From Trichodelitschia bisporula (Eukaryota), in the NCBI GenBank assembly GCA_010356995.1, contig ML996689.1:1-64000 (forward strand): a stretch of 64,000 bases of DNA. Direction: 5' to 3'. Position numbers and translations under genes: made by a program. Under the pieces are notes generated by a model. The model was not told the DNA's origin and did not search any database. It saw nothing but the letters and a program-made list of their open reading frames with translations. Shown in pieces: positions 36,431-50,330 of this stretch. Numbering within the stretch: position 1 is the stretch's first letter; each line of letters starts with the position of its first letter.

Positions 36431-39406
36431 TTTGTTTCGGCGTAGGGAATATGGGGGGGTCCGATACCAGCATGGCGTTGAAGGGTCATTATTCACGGGA
36501 TGACGAAGCGACGATTTTTCTGAGTTCAGTTCACAAGAGTCACAAGGACTCAAACACATTTGATTTCAGGACCAAGTGCAAAGTGATTACCGGTGATTGT
36601 AGCCCTGGTGCCAACTGTTCGGGCCGGAGGTAGACTACTTGTAGGAACTTACGCCGCCTGGTCACTGGCAAGTGCCGCTTCATAAAGCGGGGGGGGCTAG
36701 GCAGTTCAAGCCCTTCCCTCACCCTTCCCCCCTTCCTTGCCACGGGAGCAGTGCTCCCGGCCGCGAGACCCGATCCCACAGGCTCCACGCACGGATAGCC
36801 TAGATTTCCGATCCGATTCCCGAGCAGCGGGGAGGGGAGATCTCATCACGGGCGGCAGGCGCGCAAGTCAGGGCGAATCAAGGATCGGGCATAAAGTGTT
36901 CGCGGCCCGAGCTGCGTCCGCCCATATTGGGGCCCGGTGCCTCGGCAGGAGAGCGGGGTTGTGCCGGGCGGGGGTTCATCATAGGTGCCAGGACGCAAGT
37001 GGCCGGGCGAGGGAGCACAGGCCGGGGCCGCATTCATTAACTTAAGCCCGCGTCCTGAGACGATCGCTGGAACTTGCCACGTCCGATCCGCCTTGCCAGG
37101 GAACAAGCTGGTGGTCCACGTGCATTGGAATGGCGGGCCGGCATCAATGAGTGCGTAAACAGGTGGGCCGAGATGGCGCCAGTGATGATCACTTAGCTCG
37201 CCGATGGCTCAGTACTAACAGGGAATTAGTCCACCAGTGGCAAGCGCGCGGAAAGACCCATATTGCGTCGACATGTGCGCAAGCTCTCAACCTGCCGCGC
37301 CGAAATGGGTAGGGCGATGTCTGAAGGTCAGTTTGACGCGCGGGCCCGCTGGGCGCCCATGCGCAGCCTCATTACCAAATACGGCGCTGGTGCCTTGTCA
37401 TTCTGCACGTCGTCGAACAAGGAAAACATGGCCCCGCTTTTGGCCGTCGGCGCTGCGGCAGAGGGGTAACTTCAGACCTTTGAGCCATTTTTTGGCCACG
37501 ACCACGGACTCCGTTTGGACAAAGCCTGCAGAGCGGCGGTCGAAGTCAACAAGATCAGCAGTGCTCGATCAGCGCGGCACCGTTGAAGATCGATGCAATA
37601 TTCCGCCGACCGCTGGATGGTGAGTGGATGAGCAGCCAGGAGCAGCACATGACGCAACGGGCAGTGATCGGCGGGCGCTCTCGGTGGAGCGGCCAAATGG
37701 GCGCTAGCATTCATGCAGCGGGTACAAATGCGCTGAGTATGAATTGTGTGCAGTTCTCAGTGCCTAAGCTGCTGACGGGCCGAGCGCCACTGGCAGCTGT
37801 CAGTGCATTGGCATGGATTGTTTCTGATGAAGCCCTGGAGGGGGAGTCTGCTAGTTCGCTGGTTGCATATGTGGCCCGCAGCATTGGATGGAACGGGATA
37901 TCCCAGGCGGAGGGCTGAGCTTGAGCGTCCCGGGGGGTGGCTGGCGGGTTTAGGGAAGTTTTGGCGGGGGGCGCGGCCCGGGGGGCGGGTTGGTGGAGTC
38001 GACAGGATGATGATGTAGAAAAGAGAGATACGGGGACAAGGAAGAATGGGAGGAGATGGTGTAGTAGAAGCTGGAAAGAGAGTGGACGAAGGTGAGAAGC
38101 GGTGAGGAGTGTGAGGACACGATGAAAGAGATGAGGTTGAAGAGAAGAAAAGGACACGAAGCGCCGACTGCCGTCTTACCCCAGGATCGCCAAGGCCATC
38201 TCACATGATATGACGGGAGTGGAGATACCAAAGGTGCTTTTCTTTGGGCGCACAGCAACTCAATCAAAGCAATCACAAGATACTTCAAAAAGAACCTTTG
38301 ACTTCTCCCCATTCTTAGATCTATCTACCCGTCCTTGGGTCTATCTACCCGGCTCTTCAATAATTGCATCACCACTTCATTCAACCATCAAGCCCCATCT
38401 CGCAGTCTAGTCCCCGCTTTGGAAGTGTCGGTGTCTCCTACAGTACTGTGCGTTCATCAATAGTTGCCCCCATCTACAATATCTACTACATGTACGGATG
38501 TACCGAGTAGACAATTCCCCAACAATCACGATACCCCGGTACTCCTACACCTGCCGTATCCACCTACCCTCCATCTCAACTATTTCCACGTCCCGAATAA
38601 GCCAATCCAGCATCGTCTTTATCAATAGCTATTACGGCCCTCCTTGTCATTGCATTCCCCCTCTCCTCTCGTGCTCACTCTCACTACTACCCCCCTCGTC
38701 TTCCAAGACTCGCCCCACAGCCAGAAGCGGAGATCCTCTTCTTCCTCCATTTCTCCATGCCTTCATGTCCATCGTAACCTTCCCCAACACCCATCTCTCC
38801 CTCTCGCTTTCCCTTCCAGTCCGGCGGTCTGAATGAACTCCTCAGCAACTCTTTAGGGTCAGGCCGTCACACGTCCACAAGCAAGACAATATCTCTTTTA
38901 AAGTGCAAAAAAAAATACCACAAGTGCCTCGCTGACGGGGCACCTCAAACCACTACCCCTACCAATAACCCCCAGTCCATTCCTAACCACCACCCTTCCC
39001 TACCTCCACTACCGCTCCCCCGATTCTCTCAACTCGAACTCACTGACCACTAGGCTCATTCTACCCCAGTCTCCGCCGGTCTCCATCTATCATCCTTCTC
39101 CACCCCAACCCTTACCCCCAGACTCCAGGCTCCCACACATTTCACCCTCCATCCAGCATCTGCCCTTACGTAGCCGTTGATATTCTTCAAGAACAAACAG
39201 TCCAGGAACACGCACTCCTTGCTATCCTCTCATCTTGTTTCCCCCAAACCCCACGGTCCACCCCCTGGACCCTCCCCGAAACGCAGCCATCGCCAGCCCC
39301 AACGCCATCCAGCTGGCCAAGGCGCATGCGGATCGGACATGCGCTTATTCCAACTTCACTGAATAAGGACTCGGGACCCCCGCTCACTCTCCAACGACCG
39401 TCCGCA

Positions 39407-41817
39407 ATGGCGAACCACCCTTTCGCCCCGTCATTCGCGTCTGGCTTCTTCCCGCAATATGTGCGCGATCAGAACGACCAGTCCGTGCCGACATCCGCCA
39501 GCAGCGTACCAACCACGCCAACTGCCGGACCTCAGTTCTTTCTGCCCCCGCACCAGCCGCTACCTCACCATCATCAGATCCTCCAGCAGCAGTTCGGATC
39601 CGCGCCGCTGTCTCTTGATGCCAGTCCCGTGTCGGGTCCCAACTCGTCGCTTGGGACCAGCTCCGCGAGCTTCGACTTCGATGACCGCAACCCGCTCGTG
39701 CTACCGGCGCAGGGCGCTTCGTCTGGCGGCCGCGTACGGCGCCGCGTCGGTGTGGGAGGCGAGCATGTCAAGTTCCGGCGGACTCGTAGCGGGTGCTACA
39801 CATGTCGCAACCGGCGGGTGAAGGTAAGTCTCGGATTATCTGCTCGGCCCCACTGACACCTCAGTGCGATGAAACACGCCCCATTTGCGAACGTACGTCT
39901 GCTGTCTATCATTTGGTCGTTGAATCCCACTAACCCGCCAAGGATGCCGAAAGGGCAATCGCGACTGCCTCTATCCGGACCCTACGACGTCAAAACCCCG
40001 CCGGGGTAGCGCAAAGGCCAAAGCAGACGATCTCTCGTCGCCCTCCGAAGAAGATGACGACCTGGACATGGAGCCGGCTAGCGCGACGAGTACCATCTCT
40101 AACACGCCCAGCCTGCGCGAGTCTTCGGACTCACCGTCTGTCAGCGCGCCACTCACCGCAGCATCATCGCTAACTGCACCATCACTCGGGTCGTCAACCG
40201 GCAAGAGCCCGACGCCGTCCGATGACTCCACACGCGGAGACCGTCGGTCGTCACTCCCCAAGGATATCCGCTTTTTCCTCGACTATGCGCAGATGAGCCT
40301 CACCCGCCACCACTGGGGCATCCGAACTGATTCGAACAATTTCTTCTCACAAGGACTAGTCGACCTTGCACTGAAGTTCGAGCCGCTTCTGTATGCACTG
40401 GTCGGTTTTTCCGCATACTTTTACACCATCTCGCGGCCAGAGGGACAGCTCAAGGATTTTCTTGGGTATTACATGAAGTCCGTGACGCTGCTGCGCAAGT
40501 CGTTTGGTGCACAGAAACCATCTATCGCGACCATTTTGACCATACTGCAGCTGGCAATGATCGAGGTAGGTTCCCCAAAATCTTGAAGCAGAGATCTCGT
40601 CTCACGAGCCAGGAATACCTCGGCGACTGGGTCAACCTCATGTCCCACCAAAAAGCCGCCTTCCAAATGATCACCGCCCTCTACACGCCAGAGCAAATGG
40701 TCTCCAACGACCCCCAGCGCAAGCTCCTCCAGTGGTACATGCACTTCGACACCTTCGTCGGCATCCTCGCGGGCACAGGCCCGCAACTCGGGCGCGAATG
40801 GTTCGCGGCCAACCACGCCTACTACGCCCAGGAGAGCGAGGCCCACCCGGACAGCCTGGCGCTCATGTACGACGAGCGCTACTCCTGGATCCGGCTCGCG
40901 GGACACGATATGGCGACGCTGTTCGCGCGCAAGGCAAAGGACGGCATCGGCGCGGACGAGTTCGGCTCACGGCGAGCGGCGCTCAGCGATGCGATTTCCA
41001 ACTGGCGTGACAATCTCCCTTCCAAGCTGATGGACGATTCGTACCGCGTGCACGACTTCAACGGCTGGGATGCGCCGGATCTAGATGATATTGTGGACCC
41101 GTACGAGCCGGGACTGCTCTTCGGCGGACCGCTGTTCGATACTAATCTCCTCGTTATCGACTTCTATGGCCTGGAACTGGTGTACAAGTCGCACGTCGGC
41201 GCACCGCCAGCCGAGACCCGCGACCTCGCATACCGCATGTGTCAGATGTTCGAGGCCATCGAATTGTCCAACTTAGGCTGCGGGCTCGTAACAGGCATGC
41301 AAGCCGGCATCGCACTAGCCGTGGTCTTCCTCCCACGCGAACCAAAGGAAATAATGTGGGCGCGGCGTAAACTAGCGCTCGTCGAAGCATCCGGGTTCGT
41401 TTCCCCGCTCCTCCCTATCATCCCGCGCTGCTAACATACAGCAGCTACTCCTTCCCCGCCATGCTCCGCAACCGCCTCGAGACCCTCTGGTCCGTCGACC
41501 TGTCAAACTGGTGGCTTCCGCTCGACGACGACAACGTCAAAGGCCCGCGGCTGAGCAAGGCCATCCGCTCGATTCGCGGGTTTGCAATTCAGCCTCCGCG
41601 CGACCAGAAGGGCGAGGATCTGACTGAGATGAGGGGGATCTTTGATAGCTTGAGCTTGAGCGATGCGAGTTCGCCGGAGAGTGTGGGAGGGCTGAGTCCG
41701 ACGGCGGATGCGGGGAGGGAGAGGGTGTTTCGCGGGGTTGGGGCGGGGGGTGTGGGTGGGGGGGAGGAGGAGAGGGAGTGGAAGGGACGGATGGGGCTTG
41801 GGGCTCCGCGCAGGTAA
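39407..41817 (+). CDS. Zn(II)2Cys6 transcription factor with fungal-specific TF domain
   Basis: RRTRSGCYTCRNRRVK|CDETRPICE|RCRKGNRDCLYP across two introns. FEPLLYALVGFSAY, TILQLAMIE|EYLGDWVNLMSHQKAA. Further intron ~41396-41445. Confidence 0.92.
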
Positions 41818-44800
41818 TGCGGTGCCTGGTCTGGTTTGACCTGGCTTGCTGGTTGAAGATGCGGGTTTAGCGGGGGCGTACGGGTGACTGAAGCGGGTAA
41901 TCCGTAATCGCGGTAATGCGCCATGTACTACTAGTATCATGATGAGACGGGGAACGGACGGCGGAAAGACGGGGAATGTAGACTCGATACCCTCCTCTAT
42001 GGCTTGTGGTGCGCCTCGTGTTCCCCCCTCTGATGTGGACATGGAAGGAGCAATGTATGTCAGGAAGGTACGTACTAAGGGACAGATCTAATGAGCGCAT
42101 GATAGAGGGAAGGGGCAACAGAGGATACTTAGCATCGTACGATTAAGTCTCGAGGGTCTCTAACTGTCTTCCTCTCTTTGTCTTCTACTTCAGTCTTCAG
42201 CATTACAGTTGCCTTCAGACGTACATCCGTAATGGGCTCTGCTCCCGTCACCCTCACCTTCGCGCGCATTGCTATCTGCCAGCCGTCAGCTGCCATGCTC
42301 GAATACTCCGGCCCGAATCCCCCTTCCTTCCCGACCCCGCGTCAAGTTCCCCCGAGTCCGCCAAAGATACACCAACTCCGGCGCCGCACGGCGGCGCCCC
42401 CGCCGCAACGAAACAGTGGCGCAACGTACGATTCCCATGCCCCACTTCGCCAGCCAAGGTGCCGCCGAAGATAGACTGCATCGCGCGCGGCGCCAGCCCG
42501 CGGGAGCTGCATCAGAAATAGTACGAACGGCCGGTATATGCCGCATCGGGCCCCCTTGGGCGGTTTGGCGTGCAGCCCATTGCTGCAGGACCAGACCCCG
42601 CCTTCAGCCATGACATCGGCGGGGAACTAGAAGTGGGCATTTGGGATGCAGGCACGGATGCCAGGTACCGTACCGTTCCGTACCGCAGCGGGGCGGGCGC
42701 GTCAGCGGAGGTCCACGCATACGGGCTTGGGCGCCGAGTGTATGGGTGGGAGTAAGCCGGCACCGTGCTGCGAGCGTTCGAAGCCGATTCCCGGTGTCGA
42801 TATTGTAGAGTGCAACAGATGTGGTAAGCGGATACGGCTACCTCAATTCCGGCCCTGGAGTGCCGCCGACCAGCCCCGGCGCACATGCGCCCTGCACGCC
42901 ACGGACGCCATTATCGCTTACCCTGGTCGACGTTCGCATGGTGTCCGTGCGCGGTGCAGATGGCAAGTAGGGTGATCCGTATCTGTGCGACGACGACGAC
43001 GTCGAGTGTGAAGGAAGAATAAAGTGGGGACGATTGAGCCTGGCCTTGTCTGCGGGGCTGGGCGTGCGTAGGTGAGGAGGGAGAGTGGATTTTGGGGAGG
43101 TGATGTGCGGACGAAATGATGATGTGCGGACGAAATATGGAGGATGGAGGAGCATGCGATGGCAGGACAATGGGGCGAGATGTCCCAGATGCAGAGTGAA
43201 AGCTTTCATGCCCGTTTGATGGACCATCAGATTGAGGCCATGGTAGAAGGGAGCCGCTCGGTTCTTCCACCAGCAGCCTGGACTGATGTGCCATTTTGCA
43301 CGGTGAACGGGCTTGATGGGGATATGAGGGGAGAAAAGAAGGGAGGATTGCAGGCGGAGGGAGAATATTGATCGAAGGTACGGCCGTATCCTCATGCCTA
43401 GCCAGGTGATACTTACTCCGCTTGTTGGAAGGTTAAATCATGCTGACAGATTATAGCGGCGCCAGCTGCTCTTCCGTTGGATACAAGTTCGCCCGTGGGA
43501 TGGCCGTGGGTTAGGGCTCCCATCCCGCTCCCCCACATAGCGGAACGACCACGTACCGTACTGAAGTCATCTGGAGACACTGAAGCATTCGCTTAAAACC
43601 TGCAAGGGCTACGGTGTGAAGGGAAAGATTGTAAAAAGACGAAGAGAGGGAAAGAGAGGAGAAGCTTTAGATTGAATAACCTTATACGGAGTAGCGTGTG
43701 ATGCCAAATACCTCCCACCCCCCTTCCTCCTCAGCAATGCTCCTCCCTCCCTAGCAGTGCTCCTTCCTCCCTAATAATGCTCCTGCCTCATGTCTCCATT
43801 GGCTCTTGCGTCATGTCTACGTAGTCGGGCCATACTCCACTGCGTTTGTCGGCGCCTCGCACTGCGGATTCAACAACTCTCCCCCCCCAAATCTCTCTCA
43901 CGTAGCGCCGCACAAAGACTCCTCCGAAATCACCAAACTTACATGCACCGCTGCGGGCCGAGCAAGGCCATCATCGCTGCCGCCCTCTGCAAGCAGTTCT
44001 GCGTTCAGGGCGCCTGAAACCTCTAGTCGAGCTTGCCACGCCCCTCGACCGCCGACAATGGCCGAGACACACACTTCCAGGTGAGTTACTACCATGGGTA
44101 GGCTCACTGTTGCCGTGCAGTTGCACATGCCGCTACCGAGGGGAGCCAGAAATCGAAAATGGCGAAGGTCTTGCGGCTGACTAGAAGATATACTGACACG
44201 TAACAGCGGCGACGAGGCTGCCAACCTCGCCAGGCTCAAGACGCGAGCAGAAACCCTCAGAAGTCGAGTCACCCGGATAAATTCGTTTATGCTGCAATAT
44301 CGCGCTATCTCGACCTTGGTGATATTAGCAGCCTGCCAGTTGGTGAGTGTTCAGTCTAGAGTTGGCGGGCGGGCGCTGACATTCGCAGACTTTCGGGAGC
44401 ACAATCTCTACGTGACGCGACCTAGGCCTCCGGTACGCAATAAATCTCAGTTAGGCCATGCTGACCCACTAAGGATACAACGGGGCCACTCCCCGAGACT
44501 GTAGAAGTGCTGACCATGGAAATCGGTGTTTTGAAACGTTTCATGACCAGCTACCGCAGCTACCACCAGGCCTTCACGGTGATAGTTGGTGAATTGGCGA
44601 TGTTTGAATTTGGGAGACATCTGGCTCTGCAAGCGATTAATGAAGCCGGACTCCCCCGACCGCCTATGTGAGCTTGAGAGTGCTGATATTACTGGAGCAC
44701 GATACCTGGGGTGGCAAAGCGAGGTGAAATCAGAAGGTAGCTGAGATATGTCAATAGAAGATACAGCTTGTCGATATCGCCGTCCCAACATACCAGTGCT

Positions 44801-45033
44801 ATCATCTGCCTTCGCCGGTCGCTCGAACTGCCCAACCTCAAGTTTGCCCATGGCTTTCGTACGCTTCTCCTCGGCGACTACTCTTTTCGGATTCGTTCTT
44901 ACCGCAACAACCTCGCCGACATGCCTCATTGACATCCTCTCCCCAGTATCTCTCTTTTGTCACTGCTACATCTCCAGCTGTTATCATACCCAATAAACTA
45001 CAGCATTTACGCTCAACCTTTATTACAGACGCC

Positions 45034-45380
45034 ATGGACTTCCCACGGCCCTACCTAAACGACCCTGATGGAGCGAGGCGGCTCCTCACTTGGTTGAAGG
45101 AGGAGGGCCTTAGGTCTATCAATATGCTCTTCCTTACCAGTGATGGGGCGCGGCTGTTCATGTGGGACCTCGGTCTCGGTAGGCATCTCACTGAAGACGA
45201 GAGCTCTGCCATATTAACAGCAGATCCGAGCCCATTCTCGAGGCCGGCACTTCCAACCGTAAGCTACCATTCCAGTTCTGAAGCCCAACTAAGCGATGCT
45301 AGTGGCTTACCATGCCGAATCCGGACAAATTCGCAGACGTCATCACTGAGGTTGGGAGAACATGGCCAGTGGAAAAATAA
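45034..45380 (+). CDS. Small orphan two-exon gene (~100 aa), copy 1 of a tandem pair
   Basis: Exon 45034-45258, intron 45259-45302 (gtaagc..ctaag..tag), exon 45303-45380. Supported by similarity to the downstream copy. Confidence 0.45.
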
Positions 45381-45691
45381 TCATAGAGTTCAAGCTGCAG
45401 GAGTGGGTTCAGCTCTGGAGGGAACTGCCGAACGGAATTGGGTTTGTGTACTTACATCGGGCAAGGGAGATGGCGGCTGAGCAGATTTGAGTGCGGACGG
45501 CAGGTTTGCTCATGGCTCTGGTACGCCTCTCCTCGGCGACTGCCCTCTTCGGCGTCGTTCCTACCGCAACAACCTGCCCGGGCGTCTCATTGACATCCTA
45601 TTTCCAGTGCCTGTCTTTTTTCTGTGCTACATCTCCAGTCGTCATACCATACCCAATACCGCATTTGCACTCACTCCCCATCACAGACGCC

Positions 45692-46155
45692 ATGGACCTC
45701 CCAGTGTACTCCCTCCAGGGCCCTTACCCTGGCTGGGCAAGGAAACACCTCGCTGAGATGAAGAACGACTGCAGCGTACTCGTCGAGTGGCTGACACTCA
45801 CTTGTCCGCGGGTGTTCGGGCTGGACTTCGGGCGCGGTGGGTATTCCACTGAAGTCGAGCTCGACACCACTGACGTCAGCAGATCTGAGAGAATCTCGGA
45901 CGCAGGAACCCCCGAGCGTAAAGTGTTATTCCAGCCCTGGGGCCCTACTAAGTGATGTTACCGTAGTGGCTTGACTCGCCGATCCCGGAGGACGTCATGG
46001 ACGTCTATACCGAGATTGCGGATATTTACATCTGGAAAAATTACTTAGAGTCCAAGTTCCAGGCCGTCAGCCTCTTCTTGGAGGAGATGCCGGAGGTGAT
46101 AACTGTGTATGCGTAAATAGCTCGGGCGAGGCAGATAGGGGACGAGCAGACTTGA
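45692..46155 (+). pseudogene. Paralogous copy 2 of the orphan gene, apparently frameshifted with premature stop
   Basis: Same leader, ATG context and intron position as copy 1. Exon 1 is 226 nt (phase shift), and a TAA interrupts the homologous C-terminal frame. Confidence 0.4.
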
Positions 46156-46372
46156 GTGCGGACCGCAATCGGGTCGACTGCAGCTAACAGCGGGTGTCGG
46201 CCGGGATGTGAGGGGACATTGTTGGTGGCCAACATGAGCATAGGAGTACAGCGTACATGAATTACAGTACATCTGAGATTTCATCGTCAGCATCTTCACT
46301 GTCGCAAGTCACAAACTCACAAAACCGCAGAGCGTCAGTCTTTGTTTGCAGAAAGTGTGGTTGCGCTCAAAA

Positions 46373-48175
46373 ATGCCCAGCTGGCATCTTCTCACGCCTC
46401 GGCGTCATCCTTGCCCACCCCCGTCTAACAGCACCACCGCCGAGCCGCCTCCCATGCTCACCACCAACGACATCCCCCCCCTTCGCATCACCATCATCAC
46501 AAAACGACCCATCGCCAACAACCCACACGCCTCAATTCCCCTCATCACCCTCCGACTATGCTCTGACGTATCCGCGCCCACAAGCTTCCCTACATGCACC
46601 CCCTTCCGCGCCCTCCCTCGGGCCTCACACGCCATGAACCCCCACCCTAGCCGTCCCACCTCCCGCACCTCCTCCACCGCCGCGCCGCCCTCCTCCCTCC
46701 GCCCCCGCACCCGCCGCCTCATCTCCATCGACGACGAAGCACACCGTACCGCTCCTGCGCAACCCACCCGTGTCGCCAGTCCCCGCGGCTCTCCCGCGCC
46801 TGCGCCCTCGCGCTCACAACAACAACCATGGCCCTGGCGCACCGCAAGCTCCGAGACCCTCAAACCCCTCTCCTCCCTCCTCCCCTCCTGGTCCTCCCTC
46901 ACAACCCTCGCCTCCAATGCCTTCCGCGACGATCCACCGCGGCGCCGCCCGCGCTCCCCGCCTTCAACATGGGGCCCTGTCGCAGAATCACATATCGGTA
47001 CGGGATCACGGGAGTCACGACAAGCGGCGGTACGAGCCGCGAAGCGCAAAGATCTACTCTCCGCCAACGGACCCGACGGCCTAGACGAGATGGGACGCTT
47101 CAAACGGCGCAATTCCGACGACGAAGACAGCTCCGCGCCGCCGCCCGAAGACCGGCCTGCGCTCGTGTACTTGCATCATGTGCAGCCGGGAGACACGCTC
47201 GCCGGTCTGACGATCCGGTATAACTGCACGCCGGCTGTGCTGCGCAAGGCGAACCGCCTGTGGCCCAGCGATCCGATTCAGAGTCGGAAGGTCGTTGTGC
47301 TGCCTGTTGAGGCGTGTGGGGTTAAGGGACGACCTGTGCCGGGGCCGGGGGCCGAGGAGGACCTACTGCCCGACGTGCAGGAAGAAAGTGAAGTGCCTAG
47401 CAAAGCGCCGAACGGCTGGCACGACACCGCACCAGGCACACCTGATGACGACGAAGACAAGCCCTGGACCCACGACTCCTGGGTGCTCTTCCCCAACGCC
47501 AACTCCCCCACCGAAATCGTCCGCCTCCCCTCCCGCACGCTCGGCTTCTTCCCCCGCGCCCGCCGAAGAAGCAATCAACCCTCCGCCGACGGCACACCGG
47601 GCGCTTCGCTCGACCTACCCCGGCCAGGCATGCGCACGCGCTCCTCGTCCACCGCGACTACGAGCGCCGCTGCCTTCCCCCCGCGGAGCCTGCTGCATGG
47701 GCCAGGGGGCGTGGGAACGCTGGATAGGAATGTATGCGCGCCCGGGCCGGCGCCGGATGGGTTGAATAGGATCCTGGGGCCGCATTTGCCGAGTATGGCG
47801 CCGCCGCCGGGGGTTTCGGCGTACACTATGTGGGAGACTGGGGAGGGGTCTGGGGGGGAGGTGGGGCCGGTGCAGGATGGGGTAGGGTTGGATATTGATT
47901 TGAATGAGTTGGGGGGGAAGGTGGAGACTTGGGTTAGGAGGGTGGCAAGGAGTGCGGGCCGCGCACTAGAGGCGGGGCAGGCGAGGAATGGGAATGTGAA
48001 TGGAGTTGCGGGGATGGGGGGGTTGAATGGGGATTTGATTGAGCTTGTGGATGCGTTTGAGATTGGGGATGATGAGCGGGAGAGGGATGGTGAGGATGAG
48101 GGGGGTGGAGAGGGGAGCAGTGCGGTTGATTTACGCAGGGAGGGGGTTAGGGGGCGGAGGAGACATGAGGATTAG
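46373..48175 (+). CDS. LysM-domain protein, apparently intracellular
   Basis: YLHHVQPGDTLAGLTIRYNCTPAVLRKANRLWPSDPIQSRKVVVLPV, HDSWV and LGFFPRARRR. No signal peptide. True start may be at 46633. Confidence 0.85.
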   Translation: MPSWHLLTPRRHPCPPPSNSTTAEPPPMLTTNDIPPLRITIITKRPIANNPHASIPLITLRLCSDVSAPTSFPTCTPFRALPRASHAMNPHPSRPTSRTSSTAAPPSSLRPRTRRLISIDDEAHRTAPAQPTRVASPRGSPAPAPSRSQQQPWPWRTASSETLKPLSSLLPSWSSLTTLASNAFRDDPPRRRPRSPPSTWGPVAESHIGTGSRESRQAAVRAAKRKDLLSANGPDGLDEMGRFKRRNSDDEDSSAPPPEDRPALVYLHHVQPGDTLAGLTIRYNCTPAVLRKANRLWPSDPIQSRKVVVLPVEACGVKGRPVPGPGAEEDLLPDVQEESEVPSKAPNGWHDTAPGTPDDDEDKPWTHDSWVLFPNANSPTEIVRLPSRTLGFFPRARRRSNQPSADGTPGASLDLPRPGMRTRSSSTATTSAAAFPPRSLLHGPGGVGTLDRNVCAPGPAPDGLNRILGPHLPSMAPPPGVSAYTMWETGEGSGGEVGPVQDGVGLDIDLNELGGKVETWVRRVARSAGRALEAGQARNGNVNGVAGMGGLNGDLIELVDAFEIGDDERERDGEDEGGGEGSSAVDLRREGVRGRRRHED

Positions 48176-48828
48176 CATGGCGGGCGGGCGTTGGTGTTGG
48201 GTATAGGTGCTTTTGGCGGTTGTGTTGAGATCAGATTTCGTTAGGAGGGTTCTGTTATATCATCTGAATCATGGCATAACGGCGAAGCTATCTAGTGATA
48301 TCGAGACGGAGGTGCCATGCTGGACTTCAATAGCCTAGATGACAGTTCCACTACGAGAGCACGGACACTCGGAGCACAGTATCGCTCATTTCTTCGGGTA
48401 TGCCGCAAAGTACCGCAATCAGATCCCGGCCACGGTCCCAAACGGCTCGCAATTGCTGTCCCGGTACCATCCAAGCTGCTGTCTACCCTACCTATCATGC
48501 TTCCGGTACCCGGTCGCGTCTTCGAGTGACAAACGCGGCGTCCAGTCTCCTCCCGGTGCTTTCCATCCACGCACTCTGTATTCCGAACCGCCTCGGGATC
48601 CCGGAGGTGCCGGAGCGGGCACAACAGGTTGGGTACTTCGTACGATGTCAAAAGAAAGGGTTTCACGCTGCGAGTCCAACCAGAAGTTTAACAGCAGCAC
48701 CGAGCACTTGATCTCTGCCAGTGAGGCCAAGGCGAGGCTGAATGAAAGTTTGCGGATGAAAGGATCAGACACGCCGCTTGTCCGGCCTTCCCACACCACA
48801 CCAAAAAATGATTACAGCACCTGCATGT

Positions 48829-48927
48829 TGACAAGGACGAGATTCGAACTCGTGCTCATTTCTGAATCAGGATGCTGTGCTAAGGTAGACCTTAACCTGA
48901 CGCCTTAACCAACTCGGCCACCTTGCC
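48829..48927 (-). tRNA. tRNA-Leu(AAG) with ~17-nt intron
   Basis: GGCAAGG acceptor / CCTTGTC-A, D arm GCCGAGTTGGTTAAGGC, anticodon stem TCAGG/CCTGA with TT-AAG-G, intron tctaccttagcacagca, long variable arm, ACGAG-TTCGAAT-CTCGT. T6 terminator at 48803-48808. Confidence 0.95.
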
Positions 48928-50330
48928 TGGTGCGCTGTTAGAGGGAGATGAGGGATTGCGGAACAGATTCGGCAGCTCAAGGCAGCCTTCTCAGAACTTT
49001 AACACTCCAGTTGACGCGGGAAATGCAGAAAGTCAATTCGGTCAAGGCCCACGGCCCACGGCCGCAATGGAATCAAACCGGACGTCGAAGCGACTCAATT
49101 CGGCACCGCCCACACGCAAAGTCTTCTATGCGGTGTACTTACGTCCAAGGGCACCATCTGCGAAGTCCATGAGACCGACTAGTGCGCCTTCGTACCTCGC
49201 CAGAGGACAGAGCACGGAAGGATGGGGTGTCTGTGACTGCGGCAGCGCTTTCGGGAGGGATACTGCTCTCTGCACTCTGGAATCGAAGGCTGTTCTAGCT
49301 ATACGGGAGAAGGTCTGTCGCCACGGAGCTTCCTTGCGCCTCTTGCGGCCGGCCTCCTTGGGACAATCTTCGTGGCATCAGCTGCTTTCACGTCATGCGT
49401 CTTGGATGAAGTGTCACAACTCGGACACATTCAAACCTGGAAGGATACTTCGGGACTGAAAACATTACAAGCCATGTAGTAGAACTCCAGATGCTCGAAA
49501 AGTCCCAGGATGTTCCACGGAATATGGAAGCCTAACGTGATCGCTCGTCTTCACTGTCTGGCGAGTCAATCGGTCGATTCGGCGTGTGTCATCAGTAACG
49601 TAGATCAACAAGCACAAGAAGAATGATTATGGCAAGGCACAGAACGTAAAGAGGTTTGAAGGCTTTGATGAACACGTTGAATGATGGATGATTGTGAACT
49701 GGCTGATATAATGGGATGAAGTGTAGTTGGTCAGCTCAACATTGGATTGGTTCAAAGGCGGTTGTGGCGTCTGTCAATGGACCTCAAACCACGAACCAAA
49801 GCTACGGAGTTCCTGGATCAGCCTCAATGGAGCCTCATGGGTTGAAGTGTGCCTGACGCACAGCATCAGTGTCATGACATAGCCGGTACCCTAAGCTTCC
49901 AATACGTCCACATCGAAACCAGAAAATGAGCCGTGCCGTGGAGGCTTTGGACAAGGCTGATGTCGTAATTGATTTCAGGACGTCTGCTTGCCACATCGCC
50001 GAGTGGCGGCCGTCATTTCAACCCAGCAGGCTGAAGTCTGCAATAGGCCATGTTGCCTGACGATGATTTATCCAGTGCTCCGATAGGTCATCCAGCTCTC
50101 GAAAGCAATATGGGGATAGCCGTCCTCAAACGCCGGTCCCATCGTCGAGCCTGTCAAGCTGTCAAACTCCGGTCGCAAAGGCCGTCGGTCGTCTAATCGT
50201 GCCACACGCATGACATCTCATACAAGTACGCATCCCCACATTACTCACATCTCTACCACACACACCGCAATCTCACCATCGCCACAAGCTCCCGTGACCG
50301 CGATCTGCAAGTCATCATCAACATTCCTCT

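Noticed and set aside
49655..49690. Resemblance of this segment (minus strand) to 61575-61620 (catcattcaac.tgttca)
   Set aside because: Short, low-complexity leader-like sequence; may be chance.
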